A DNA stretch of 58,249 bases, counting the filler, from Sphacelaria rigidula (Eukaryota): the NCBI GenBank assembly GCA_964200075.2. It is 3 parts of 3 records of this genome, joined end to end, with 100 filler letters (N's around TTAATTAATTAA, not from the genome) between each part and the next. Parts side by side here need not be neighbours in the genome. Positions count along the whole stretch, not along the records: positions 38,911 to 58,249 come from CAXNAA020000684.1; 2 more parts are not named here. One strand, 5' to 3'. Each line of letters begins with the position of its first letter. Within the stretch, counting starts at the first letter, position 1. The position numbers were made by a program, and so were the translations under genes. The notes under the pieces were generated by a model that was not told the origin of the DNA, searched no databases, and was given only the letters and a program-made list of their open reading frames with translations. Positions 45,401 to 58,183 of this stretch are shown piece by piece.

Positions 45401-48400
45401 TAGACGTTCCAGTGTGAATTTCGTTGAAATTAGATGACTTCGATAGCGAGTGTATAGACGTTCGTGATTCGACGCCGCAAATACATCCTTTAGGTGAAAA
45501 CAAAAGGTGGTGAGGGGGGGATGTAAAAAGTAACGAGACAGCGGTTGAATATTTGTTGGAAAAACAGGACGAGACGTGAAATATCCACGACGTGTCGTGG
45601 CCCTCAGCCATGAGCAGCGCCCAGTGCTGAAGTTTACCTCGAGTTCTATGATGCTCATTCCAACTGTCCCTGCCACAAATTTAACTCTTGGACCTTTGTT
45701 GGACCGTCGTACCTTGCACCACACAGGAACAGCGCCTTGGGCCTCCTCTCCGCCATGGCGGTTCTTTACCCATCTGCCATGGCTGCGAGACTTCGCTCGC
45801 TTTTGTGCGCTGTCAGTGATGCTGCCGTAGCAGGAATGGAGAGCACTGGTCACGAAGGCGGTAAGGTCGCTCTTCTCCAGACCCAAGCCGCCGTACAAAG
45901 CATGGTGCCCGCACTACGTTCGTACGGTGCGCAGGTTGGCGTTGGAGCGCACTTTGTCGTCCAGGTAATACATGCTGTGCGTCGGCTGTATTACGAAATT
46001 CATTTTTTACTGTATTCATTTTTGGACATCGGTACTTGAGCTTAGTCTGCCGTTGGAGCACTACCTCTTGTGCTGTTGTTCTCGAGCGCGATTCGGCCTA
46101 GACTTGCCCGGTTTTTGTCGCGATCAATGCCGTCATGTAACCGAGCTGTTACAGCCGATCATATAGCTCATGTTGTCAGTTCTCCCATATTGAATTATCT
46201 ACTGTCATGCAGACCTTCGTGGATGCTTTGGGAGATGCGCCCGTTCACACGCGACGCGCGTTGTTCGGGACCTTGGTCGACGCCCTTGGTGAAGACTCCC
46301 TTGCTGTCATAGCCTCGGTGTTGTTGCGCCGCTCCTCGTTCATGATGGGAGCAACAAAAAAGGAGAGACATCTCGTTCTAACCCGTGACGAAGAGCCGGC
46401 GTCGAACCTGGTGGAGTTCGTGCATCAAACCTGCCATTTCGCCAGCGCGCGATCTCAGGTAGGCGGGGGTCCACAAGACACTCTGTCGTGCCTGTGCGAC
46501 AGGATAGACGGACTATGTCCTCTTTGTTGCCGTCGTCAAACACCCTGAATATTCCAGTATGTATACGAACCGCCTGACGCCTTTTCGAAATATCGCGGGT
46601 TGTCCCAACCCAATGACAAAAATGTCATGGACTCTTCACTATGTTCGTCTTGCGGCCTCTCATGCGCTTGGATCTCATCTCGCAAGCAGTCACGAACAAG
46701 CCGGGATATTTGTCCTTCCCATTTTCTCCTCTCTCACCACATTGCCGACCATAATGAAGGTGGCGATGCTGTTCAGGCTGGTGCAAGCCTGCCACGGTCT
46801 CACCGCTGAGGCTGGGCTACGTTCTGGGGACCTTTCGGGGAGCGCAGTTGATGACGCCGTCGGCTGTCTACCTATAATCTCACGCGGCGCCGATAACATG
46901 AGCATGATACTGTCCCTCGATCCCGAGGCGGAAGTAGGCCAACCCTTTTCCCAGTCATCCTCTCCCACTTTCATGGCGTTGGATCTTCATGCTCTATATG
47001 AGATCACCGACAAACCGACGGAGAAGAAAATCAAGAGCGGGAGTCGAGACCGAGACGAAAATAGTAATGACACAGGCTCCCGTCCCTCAACCCTCGGACC
47101 CTTCCTCGAGAACATCCTCGTCTTTGTGCGAGAACACTTGCTGTCGAAGCCCTTGTTGATGGCCGTGGCGACAGTGGAAGAGAATCGGGACGGGAGTGAG
47201 GGGTGTAACGTGGTTGGTGATCCGGAGAAGATCCAAGAAGGCTTTCTGATGCTGTGTGAGGTGCGCATGTATACCTGCGGATCGAATGAAGTCAACTTGA
47301 TTTCCCCTTCTCTGTTCACTCGTACGAAGTGGAGGGAAGGGGGGAGGGGGTGACAGAGAGAGTGAGGACACGCGGCTCCCGTCACGGTGCACGTGAAGCA
47401 AGCGTCTCTTTTTTGTTACCCCACATTGATGAGAACAATTAGCAAACCGCGCTCCTCTTTGCCTCTCGGCGTGGACTGAACCCATCCACGACTGAGTCTT
47501 CCATTACGGCAGCGCAAGATTACCGTTTGACAGCGGGGGGTATCTGGGCAGTCCTGGCTTGTAGTTTCCACCGAGATCCTGGACAATCAGAGCCCGCGCA
47601 TTTTACTGGTAGCACGAGTCGGATAGACGATGACATCTGGTAGGAGCTGTCTTGGCAGTGTCTCTTCCCACAGTCGAGGACTTCGACCGCCATCGTCTGG
47701 TTGCACACCGGGTTGTGTCATGGCGGGATTCAGACCGTGGATTCACGATAGTGGGAGAATTTGTTGACGAACGTGATTGTTCGTATCACTTCTCCGTGTT
47801 GATCATTGAGGAGAACAAGATTAGAGCAACAATTATCCGCAATGCGATGTTTTCCTCGCTGTGATGAAAAGGATCCTACTGGTCAACACCTCGTGTGGGC
47901 GTCAGATTAGAACTGACCTTGTATGACACGTCCCTCTTCCGTCTTTTTGACCACCTGGTCGCGATGACAAATGCGGAAACAGGAGCTGTTGCAGCTTTTG
48001 CGAACGCTTGATGTATGCCAGCACCAGAGCTCGGAATCACGTCCACCCACGACGAAGAAGATGAAGTCGGGAGGGTTTTCGCCAGAGTGGCGCACTCTTC
48101 AAACCCTGACGTACTCGGTGTTGGAGACCGTGCAGTCTCTCTTGTCTTTGCCGTCGTTTGTTGCGGTCATACAGGAGCTTCTACAGAGCCCGGTGAGTGA
48201 AATTTTGAACCGATGTTGGTCGTTTTTCCCAGATGGGGAGGAACGAGATACGTTTCAAGACAAGTTCCATACGTTCTCTTCTCGGTAGGAGTGGAGTTGA
48301 GGGGAGTAGGGGTTGCCTTGAATCCGTTTTTATTTCGCGATTACGATCACGGTCAAAAGTCCTCTCCCTCGGCAGTCGAATTAGTTGGCCTTTGCACTTT

Positions 48401-51400
48401 TGCACAGATTGTGGTCGCTGGGGATGAATTTCCTTGTAAGAGTCGATTCGACGGCGAGTGAGATCGATCCTCAAAGGTTATCGAATGACGAGCGTGGACC
48501 TCGGGCATTCATGCGTCCCTGTACCTTTTACCCGTTGGGGTTGAAGGCAGATTGCCTTGTCTGTGGCACTAGTTGTCGACGTCAAAATGCGCAGGAGATA
48601 TACTTATTGCGGCGGGGTAACTACCCCACCTGCCCTGATTTGTCCAATCCTGCAAAAGGAAATTCGAGCCAACTTTCCCGCCCGCGACCTGTCCCGTTCG
48701 CTACGCGGATATACAGACCCGAAACATTCCCATCATCGCTGCATAGGCCTTGACGTGGGAGAGCGTTCCGCGCTTCGTTTCTGTTTCTCAACTGAGCCGC
48801 TGCGTGTATCCACGCACGTGATATTGTCGAGTGCACTAACCCGATACTGTCGTGCCGTCTACCATACGTTTTCCCGGCCTCATGTCCTAATTCTGTGTGG
48901 TGCCCATCAGCATTTCGAATGTACCACACCACTTTTTTTTACGATATTAGACGGGAGAAGCCCATGCTGTTGTTTATGCTGCTGCTGCAATCACCATTTC
49001 GATTTGCCGTGAGCTTCCCACAAGTAGTGTGAACTGTCATCAGTGCGAAAGGTTCGATTTCCCACTAGCCTCCCGACAACAGTTTTGGGTTGTCATGTGC
49101 CCCTCACGAGTAATTCGTGTCATTGGCCTCGATGCAGACATATCCTTGAGAAAGCTCATGTTCATCCCGTTTTTCCGTCGCTGGGGTGCGTGTCCGAGAG
49201 GCCAGGATCCCCACCTGCGCCGCAATGCCCTGCGAATGTTCACAGCTCGACTTGACCCAGACGGGAGATCGAAGTCACGTTTTTCCTCCGGAGAAGAAGC
49301 GCTTCTCATCGATATGCTTCCCCCTCTCAGTCGAGTGGCGATCGGCCGTAGTCGTGCTCGGTCTGATGAAGATGCCATGGACGAGGATGACGATGAATCC
49401 GGAAACGGTAAGGAAAATACTCTAATCCGGCAGACGGCCATGCTGAGCTTGGACGTACTGGCGCGCGTATTGGGGAGGCGGTACCAGTCGGCGTTCATGA
49501 GCGTGCTCGACGACATGACGGAGGTTATTGTGGCCGGTGAGCCGGGCTCCCCTTCGGGTGCGTTCTTTGATATTGGTGAACATGACACGGGGTGGACGAT
49601 GGTCCCACACCCCGTAAGTATTGTCATATAATCATGCATGTCGTAGTCATGAGACCATCGACAGTTGAGGGGGGAAGGAAATATGCTGCTAAGTAAACAT
49701 ACACGATAGTGGCTGGAAAAGGAAGCTCTCCAATTTTCATTCATGTGTCATGAAAATGATGGTACATGTGGATGACGGTACTGAACAAATTTCGGTCTTC
49801 GAATACACGAACCGTGTACAAATATGTGACAGCGACCGTCATCAATTTGTTCATTCCCCCTCGACCGTCGCCACTGCCCTTGAACGTTTGCTCTCCTCCT
49901 CGTGGGTTGATAACATCCGCAACAGCACCGGGACGGCACATGGATGACGCACATTCCTCATCCAGCGACGCTAGTCTCTCTCTTCGTTCAACTGCCTTCC
50001 TTCTACTGGCAACTCTTTGTGCCGTTCTCGGCGTACGAGCCTTCCCGCATTTCCCCCGCTTCTTCCCGCCGATGCTGAAAGCTTTGGAAGAACGCTCCCC
50101 TCAAAACCAACAAGGCGCTCCACGATGGTCGTCGAGCGCCTCATCCCCTGGAATTGAGACGGACATCGTTGTGGGCGCTAACGAAAGTGAGGGAGGAAGC
50201 GGAAGCCGCTACGGTGGGTTGCTGTGGACAAGCGTTCTTTCCGCGATGGCCACGGTTGCCGCTAGTCTACCCTCTTTCCTAAGCCCCCACTTGCCGAGAA
50301 TTATGGCCATAGCCCTGCACCCCGTCGCCGAAGGTGATGACCCTGGAGGAGCCGCAAGTAGGCGTGCCGCCGATCGGGTCTTATCGTTGCTCGCAGCGGG
50401 TGTGGAGCCTCGTTTGCTCGTTCCTGCTGTGTGTGGCGCATACAATCAATGTGTCATGGGTCAAGATGGGGAACGTGCAACACGCGTCGCACGCCTTCTT
50501 GCGTACCTTCAGGAGGTGAGAGACCGGGAGTCATCGTGGGTACATATTACGGTCATACTGTGTAACATGCTCTGAAAAGCGAAGGCGACAGTTGCCGAGA
50601 TGTCTGTTTACACTACCCGTCCTGCGTGTATCTGATGTACCTGCATGGCATGTTTCGTTTCTCGTGGCTGACAGATCACTGCATCCCTGGACAGAGAAGC
50701 AGTCGTTGCGTCTCTTCCTCAGTTTACTCGTCTGCTGACACAAGCTATGGACTTCCGACGGCTTCATGCTTGCGGGCTAGAGGCGGAGGTGGGTGTCGTC
50801 TCGTGGCCGAGTCGTACCCTCGTGATCGCTGGTGATCAGTCGTCCGAGTTCATTCCCACTACGAGCAGGGCCAGCGTAGACCCGAATTTCAGATCTCGAG
50901 GAAAATGTCGGCGACACGCTCGAGTTGGGCCGTGGTCCGAATGTTTGAATCCTATATCTACCTATACTTGAGGGAAATTGCACCTATACTGCAATTTCTA
51001 CATAACCCCCGATCGAATCATTCAGCGGATAACGACGAATTTTGATACGGACATACCCTTACCTGCACCCAAATAATCTATTTCGTCATATGGCGCACAC
51101 CAGTTTCCATACTAGAATAGGTATATTGGAGCGAATGCGCTAGATCAACTAAACCTGGATATCACACATGAATTTTGAGTGTAAACGCGCTACTCATGAA
51201 CTCTTCCTCCTCCAGGTCCGTACGAGAGCAAGTTCGGTCGAAGGAGAAACATCTGCCGCTACAGTAGCCATAGTAATGAAACTCAGTGAGATGGAGCTTC
51301 GCCCGTTATTCCTTCACCTGTGCGAGTGGAAAACAGCGGGTGAGGGGGACGGAACCAAGACCACCGCAGGGGCATTGGATCGACGGCTATCGTTTTACAC

Positions 51401-53075
51401 AGTATTCGACGGGCTAGCTGCTGCGTTGAAGGTGAAATACAAAATTGCGACTCTGCGCGATGATACTTCACGTTGTGGAGGGCTGTGGCTGTACGTTAAA
51501 CCATGACCCTCACGGCACCGAGGTGCGAAGGCGATTGCTTGTCTACCTTCACGACGGATTTGAACACTCCTTGCATGAAAACGTTCAAAATGCAAAACAG
51601 AGTCGGCTGGGAGGGGAAAACGTGGAGAGAGTACTGTCGGTGTGCCAATGTAGCCTACGCCGAAAACCATAAGGGAAGACTCTCTTGTCATTTCACCTCA
51701 CCGTCCTGTTGCCCTCCTGTAAACACTCGGATATGAAACGCCTATGTGATACAGCGCATATTCCGACCCAAGGAGTAGAGAAAACTGGAAAACCATTGCA
51801 GTCGTGCCGCACGCGTCGATCAGTTCTTGCATATACCGCGTGGCGTCGGCAGTACCTCACAAGTGCGAAAGAGGGTGCATGTTTCATCTCGACATGTCCA
51901 AACAGCGTGATCTTGACTTGTCGTGTCCTGAAACAAGTTTTTTTCAAGCCTTCCGTGACCCGACCGTCCCAATAATCTCTCACGGAAACGCAGAGTATTT
52001 TTACACCGTACCTGGCGCACGTTTTGTCGGACTGCTGTCAAGACCTCCTGGCCGCTAGCGAAGTCGCCCAACATGCCGGCGATGAAAGGTCGAGCAGTTC
52101 AACAAGCGAACGCAAGAATCGGGCGACTGCGGATACGTCAACATCTGTTTCTCCGGAGTTCAGATGGCGACGCTCCGCCGTCGCCCGTGTCATCTTATCG
52201 GCATTGCGCCGATGTTTCCAATCGGATCGCAATGACTTTGTGAACAAAGTGCGATTTGACCTCATCATGCCGGCGGTCGTATCTCAGTTGGAATGTGGCA
52301 CCGACTATGTCGAGGCATCAACAGACCGTTCATCCACTTCGACCGTCTCCGAAGCCGGTAAAACGGACACTTTGACATCGGCTGTAGGGGATCGAGGTGT
52401 CGCTGCCTGTCGGCGTTATGCCGAGGAGCTGGTGGGGCCCTGTCTGGCGCAACTTGCGTCTGTGTCTGCCAAGGATGCTCTTTGGAAGGCGCTTGTGAAT
52501 GCGGTGCTATTGAAGACTAGATCGAATAGATCTGCTGTCAGGGTTGCGGCGTTGGTGTCTCTGCGGCAGTGTTTCGAAGTGGTGGGTGAGGAGTTCTTGG
52601 CGCTCCTGCCTGAGTGTTTACCGTTCTTGAGCGAGCTGCTTGAGGTGAGACGCGTTCATCTCGTGCTAAATGTAGTATGTCACAAGAAATGTAACTGGCT
52701 CCGAAGGAATAATCGCACGTTGGAGTATAGTTTGGTCATTCCCACCGGGTCAGCACCCTTCGCGAAAGCATGGTATTGACGTTATACAGGAGCATATTAT
52801 GTAATACCCGAAAGTGACGCTCGCCAGGGTGCACAAATCGACACTTTCAATTACCTCGATACGTGACGTTTCATAATTTCTCACTGGCATGGCCGGTGCT
52901 TCAGTCGTTTTTTCAACCGTCAACATTATTTCCTCCACATGCGATGTGTCCGTGTTGCTGCTTGTAACCTTCTTCACGACAGGATGAGCATCCAGAGGTG
53001 GAGAAAGAGGGCCGCCGCCTGGTGAAATACATCGAGGAGAGTCTTGGAGAGTCGATTGAAAGCTACCTGAGCTAG
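39408..53075 (+). CDS. UTP10: UTP10/HEATR1 (SSU processome HEAT-repeat protein), 5'-partial; exons ~39408-40289, 40701-41597, 42331-42672, 42939-43108, 43340-43886, 44491-45035, 45727-45964, 46213-46458, 46760-47260, 47983-48192, 49206-49557, 49926-50515, 50675-50788, 51216-51431, 51994-52644, 52983-53075
   Basis: C-terminal HEATR1/BP28CT motifs: VMKLSEMELRPLFLHLCEW, LWKALVNAVLLKTRS..SAVRVAAL, GEEFLALLPECLPFLSELLE|DEHPEVE..IEESLGESIESYLS*. Also TFVDALGDAPVHTRRALF and PQTRNSALGLL. Exon phases are consistent. The first acceptor is uncertain and the N-terminal exons are missing behind the gap. Confidence 0.9.
40434..40527 (+). ncRNA. Box C/D snoRNA in a UTP10 intron, with an 18S rRNA guide
   Basis: 10-bp terminal stem TTTGGTGAGC/GCTCACCAAA; box C GTGATGA at 40445-40451; box D CTGA at 40514-40517. 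Guide TTTTTAACTGCAG is complementary to conserved 18S YUGCAGUUAAAAA. Confidence 0.85.
44130..44281. repeat. About 150-bp dispersed repeat, copy 1 (UTP10 intron)
   Basis: ACCGCGCTCC..TTTGCCTCTCGGCGTGGACTGAACCCATC..GGCAGCGCAAGATTACCGTTTGACAGCGGGG..CAGAGCCCG, shared with 47447-47596. Confidence 0.85.
45139..45223 (+). ncRNA. Box C/D snoRNA, snR53/snoR53Y-like (18S Am796-equivalent), copy 1
   Basis: 8-bp stem ACGAGCGC/GCGCTCGT; box C ATGACGA at 45148-45154; box D CTGA at 45212-45215. Guide TTCCATGCTAATG is antisense to 18S (C)AUUAGCAUGGAA. Confidence 0.88.
45291..45373 (+). ncRNA. Box C/D snoRNA, snR53-like, copy 2 (tandem paralog)
   Basis: Box C ATGACGA at 45298-45304; identical guide TTCCATGCTAATG; box D CTGA at 45363-45366; shorter stem (CC)GCGC/GCGC(T)GG. 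Confidence 0.82.
47447..47596. repeat. About 150-bp dispersed repeat, copy 2 (a different UTP10 intron)
   Basis: Direct repeat of 44130-44281. Confidence 0.85.
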
Positions 53076-53719
53076 AATGTACGAAAATCGGCGCGCAGAC
53101 GAGCTGATCTTGAAAAAAAGTGTATAGTGAGGCTTCAGCTATTATGGAGTGCGCTTGCAACGATGATGTAAAAATGCATGTGCAAGATGTCAAGTAGCAG
53201 CAGAATCTGATGCCTTCATTTTATCAGTTCTGTCAAGTTGTGTGAAGTATCGCCTTTTTGTATTGTAGCTGATTTCTGTTGAAATAGTCTGTTACTATAA
53301 ATCCTTCCAATGAAGTTGGCTGCAAGATCGCGCCGTACTTTTTTGCTTGGAGTTTGCGGGAATATTGTTACGGGGCGAAGTGAAGATTTATAGCCTTTAG
53401 AAGCGAAGGGTATCCAAGTGTATGTGGCACACTTTCAAAATCTCTACAGCAAAGGCGAGCATGAATTCGTCTTCGTGGGTGATACAATTTAGGTATTGCG
53501 TATCGTGTACGTGATCAGGAACCGTCGCGAACGGATTTTTTTTGTAGGAGTTCGGATTGGCAACGCGTGACCGACGGAGGCTCCGTGTGAACCAAGCAGG
53601 TCGAAGCCGGTGACTGAGTTCGGCATTTTCCCTCCCTGCACGTCCGACTGTTGAGGACACATTGGGGTGCGCATGTTATTTCAGGTTTATGCTGGACGAG
53701 GCAAATGGTTCATGCTTGA

Positions 53720-54044
53720 ACGTCGATTCAGATCTCGCGAACCCGTGTTCACAGACGGTGGCTCGTCTTTCCAATACCGTCCCTGCTAATCCTCAACGGA
53801 CGCATTACCAAAATTAGAGAGAACAATGAAGAGTGTCGCCACAAGTGGCGAGGAATAGTCCCCCGAGTTAACGGGGACAAATCTGTGAAAAGTGTACACC
53901 GAGAGAAAACAAGAGAAAGGGCGATCAGTACCAGGAAAAAAATAGGTGACGCGAGGAGAGTAGCACGACCACCATGTTACAGCTGTCCGAACGAACTCCG
54001 TACCTTCGGGCTTCGAACCATGCTGTCGCATACGAACGAGCCAC
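53720..54044 (-). mobile_element. Second copy of the same SINE-like family, with a Pol III B box
   Basis: Matches 44-335 inverted. Minus-strand GGTTCGAAGCCC at 54019-54008; the head abuts a MITE at 54045. Confidence 0.65.
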
Positions 54045-54299
54045 GACTGCTGCCGAGATAGCCTCCCCCCCCCCCGAACCGGCCAAGTAAGTACACGGAG
54101 ATGATCATGCCATAAATGCTGTTGGAGCTGGTTTCGTGTTGCACAACGCGACCCACATCGGCGTCATGGCTGGTTTTGGACTTCTACACAGCTGTAGCGC
54201 GGGCGAAATTGCTGCGAACGAGCCCATTGGTGAGACCGTAGCCGGTTTGTCGGACGGTTGTCGGTGCACTTTCGTGGGGTGGCCATCTCGGCCTGAGTC
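54045..54299. mobile_element. Second copy of the 28910-29159 MITE
   Basis: Colinear reverse-complement similarity over the whole length; TSD not preserved. Confidence 0.8.
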
Positions 54300-55904
54300 T
54301 CCCCTCCTCTACGACTCTAGATCATATCGGCGGATGCGACCAATGTCGTGTACATACCTTGGTGGGGATATGGGGACCTGTAAAGGTGGTGAAAGACGCA
54401 ACAATAGCACACTCTCCGTTGTCCTGTTTTGTGTCCAGTTCTTGAAAATGAATCAGCAGTTCGGGTATATTTGACGAGGCGTGATATTTTGATATGTCGT
54501 CTACAGGCGGTCGCTACCGTGCGCTCGTGTACATAACGTGAGGGTGTCGCCGACATGAGCTCTGAGGGACCGGGGGACCACGAGCACTGTAGATGAGGAA
54601 GATACCCCGGTGTCGGTACTCGAAACATCTGCAGTTAAGGCAAATCAACACGACCTAGAATCTCCAAGTTGACGATGTCTTCTGCCTGATTGCCCGAAAG
54701 GGAGGAAAAAGTTGACCGCTGGTCGGAGGGTGTCCCACCCAACTTGTGCGCCTTTTAACGTGAGAACGTTTTCGTGAGACTGAGAGGAGATAATCCGATT
54801 GAAAGTGGCTTTGATCATTCGCTCCAGTAGTCAATTTTTCATTCCACGTGTGTTGCATCTCCATCACTCGTGTGTGCTTACAGCTACACGTCAATATCCT
54901 ACCTAGGGATATCAAGGGCCTCAGTGGCGAGCAATCGCAGAACGCCTGTTGCGCCTCGTGGAAGGGCATCTCGGAACCGGAACATTTCATTCACTGATTG
55001 ACCGCTTTTCACTCTCAATCACACAATATACTCTCATTCTCACGAAAACACTGTTGTGTGTGGGCTGCGTGTACCTGGGTTGTAACGCTGAAATGAGTCA
55101 TGGGGATTCATTCATCACGTGTCCATTTATTGTACTAAAACCAAGTAATTTCCTGAGTCATTATATGCCTTGACCGGGGAAACATATCATGCCCTACCGC
55201 AACCGGTTTAACCCAGTATTCCCAAAATTGATCGTATGATGCACAAAATGTGTGTGTTCACGTCCCAACTATCCGCAGTCGCCTCTCGGGATATGTGGGC
55301 GCTTTAGTGGGGGTCACACAGTAGAAAAGTATACACACAACCTTTTTGTTATCCTCAAACCTCATACTTACAATACGAGGGTAATTTGACACTGCAATAC
55401 CTACTCTACCGCCCTAATCCAATACTTTCAAAACTAATTCCTACGATATTTAAGCAAAATGAAGGATTATATTTTTATTGTGGATGAGGACGTAGGAGAA
55501 ATAAAATCTTCGTATCGAAACCAAATCTTCGAAGTATGGATCCATTTCTTCACCTATTAATAGCTATTGACAATCGCTACACAGCACGGAAATATCGATT
55601 GCGATCATCGGATTGGTGGGGTCCCAGGTGTAGAACCACTTTTGTGGAAATCCGGATGTCCGAACGGACGCCGAAGTGGTTCCAAATTGTAATGCGTGTA
55701 GCAGTTGTCAAAAGCCGTCAGTTGGGGACGACATGCAATCGTATTTTTGAAAAATTGATGTGGATACGAAGTTTCAAATTCTCCGGGTTTCTCATCCCCA
55801 ATAAAAGATTCACCCCCAATTTGAAAGATACCGTGTTCGTACTCTTTTTTCCCAGGCAACGAAACAAGAAAAAAAACTCTTTTCGGCCAATTCGTTTTGG
55901 ATAG

Positions 55905-57500
55905 AGACGATTGCGTCTTGTCCTGCCACCTGTCCTGCTACCGCCATGATCATCTCCACTATTGAGCATTTGTCGTCGACCATCTCCGCTTCCTTTCTGC
56001 TCTCCTCCACTCCGCTAGCCACCAGAGATTCGCCATGTGTTTGTGCAGATCCGATGTCCTCCCACGTTTGGCGCTCGTACGCCCCTCCCCGGTTTTGCGA
56101 GGGTTCCGTGGAAGAGGGTGACAGTGTGGGCCACGACGGAGTGTTCTGCCGACGTGAGCGTCGGTGTCGGTGTCGGCGTCGGTGTAGGTTTCGGCATCTG
56201 TGCTGGTGTCGGCGTTGGCGCTGATGTTGGCATTGATGCAGATGAAGATGATTCCATCTCCTCTTCACCCCCTCCGTTGACAAATCTGCAACGGGAACAT
56301 CGGGTATCACCCCACCTTCTCCCCCCCCTCGCGGGGACGTGGAGGCACTTCTCCCCCTCCACCACTGATAGGGATCTGCGGTTCTGCTCCGCCCCCCCCA
56401 CCAACGGAACTCATCCTTTCCTCGCCCACTTCCTGGCCTGCATCGACATTGGAACCCTTCGCCTCTGAGCAACCGCGGCAGGGCTGCAGCTCCCCAGCCA
56501 GCTGCTTCCCCAGCTGCTTCGCGGTCTTTCGCAGTAAATCTTCGTGGACGTGGGTACAGTGGAAATCGTTCATGTCAGCGATGTGGAAGCAAGACGGAGC
56601 CCCCGGGTCAATAACAGCATATGCCGAAGCACACTTGTCACAACCACTTTGATCGAGGCAGTTGGCGAACATTTCCAGTCAACGTGTTTGTCCGGGTATT
56701 TTCAGTATATTGCCTGAAATGAGATTTCCCCTGAAACCTGCACGAAAACCAGTGTAGGTGCCTCCATGTTTTGGATTCTCGTGAGTGACAAGAGGTCACG
56801 ACGGACATCAGGTACATGGTCAACATCCATTAATTCGAGCATCACATCCTGTCCGTCAGATCTGAAGGCAAGAGACACATTTCCTCTTCCTAGAATCGGG
56901 TAAGTTCTACCACCCGCGCACGGTAATTCGTCACTCTGACTCTCTGTACTCCGTCATCCCACGTGAATGGGGTCAGAAGTGCTGGGTAGCCCCCGTGTCA
57001 AATACCCTCGGTTCGCCCTCACCCTGCTGTTTATCAACCCCCTGCCCAACACACAATAATGCGTACTCGCCTGTTTCGCCGTTGATGGTGGTGTCAAAAG
57101 AGATCAAGCCTCTCCGTCTGCGTCCGAGCAAACGGAGGAGTCGTCGCTGTCGTCGGCCGCATCCATCGTCCTCGGCACATCTTCCTTCCTCGCTGTCGAT
57201 CTCGGACAGTCCCAGAACTCATACCCCTGTTGGCCACACCTCCCGCAGTATCTCTTCGGGCAGTCCCTGGCGCGGTGCGTCGCGTCCTCTTTGAAAACGT
57301 GGCAGCGGAGCAGCCTCACAGTCGCCGGTGTGCCGTCCGACGATGTCGACCCAGAGCTACTCGAACTCTGCCTCCCGCCATTTCTCTGACCAGAGCCCTG
57401 GGGTTTTCCCGATTTTCTTTTGCGGTGTGCACCGCTCGGCTTTCCGGTCCCACCCCCGGCGACGAGAGCCTGGTCGCCCGGGGATGACTTCTTTTCCCGG
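55905..57500 (-). mobile_element. Internally deleted Ty1/copia remnant (gag zinc knuckles, protease, pre-integrase)
   Basis: CCHC-like YCGRCGQQGYEFWDC; protease DTGATQH near 57000; GAG-pre-integrase FHCTHVHEDLLRKTAKQLG..PCRGCSEAKG; no integrase core or RT follows. Confidence 0.85.
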
Positions 57501-58156
57501 GCAAGTTCCTATTTCAAAGAAGTCGACTCGTGCGTGTGAAAGGACAAAAGGGTGAAATGCGAGCAGGATGCGATCGAGTATCGACGCAAGTCCCGCCGAA
57601 CTTCACTTCTTCTCCTATTTCGTCTCACCCACAGACTTTGTTTTGCGGTTCTAGACCCTTTTTCGGTTCTATCTTCGTTTATAGATTGACTGTGTGTATT
57701 TATTGTGTGTTGTTGCCGCACAACCGTCCTTCCTGGCATGCGTGTGACAGAAAACAGTAGCGGTGACGGGAATATCTTCCTGTTTTTCAGCGACATGTTC
57801 TGCAGCGCACAGAAGCGCGTCCTGTCCAAAAAGAGAAGCAGAGAGGAAGCGATCTTCGCATTGGTGAGCTCCACAGACGAGGAGAGACACCCCTCTCCAC
57901 CTCGATGTTCTTCGGGGGGCTGTGCAGCAATATAACATGCCTACCGGCACATGAGAAATTGGGTACATGCTGGAAATATGCATGGTGCCAGTCTCTGGAG
58001 CGATTGGCAATCGCCGAGCGAGGACACACAAAGGACACCGGCGAGGATCTTCCTCTTTGCCGTTGCTTCTCTCTCTGGTGATATCGTCATCGACACCCGT
58101 GTACGCCGCATTCGTTCGGTGCACCTGGCCACAACTGCTAAACTGCTGCAGACATT

Positions 58157-58183
58157 TGGGGGGGGGGGGGGGGGGGGGGGGGG
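58157..58183. repeat. Poly-G tract
   Basis: Read directly. Confidence 0.9.

Noticed and set aside
47861-47917. GTGATGA...CTGA candidate snoRNA
   Set aside because: Short spacing, no terminal stem and no recognisable rRNA complement.
48485-48545. ATGACGA plus TTACCCGTTG (10-nt 18S complement)
   Set aside because: No proper box D adjacent and no terminal stem; could be chance.
50955-51126. Possible decayed MITE (also 55510-55903)
   Set aside because: The inverted ends are too degenerate to support by eye.
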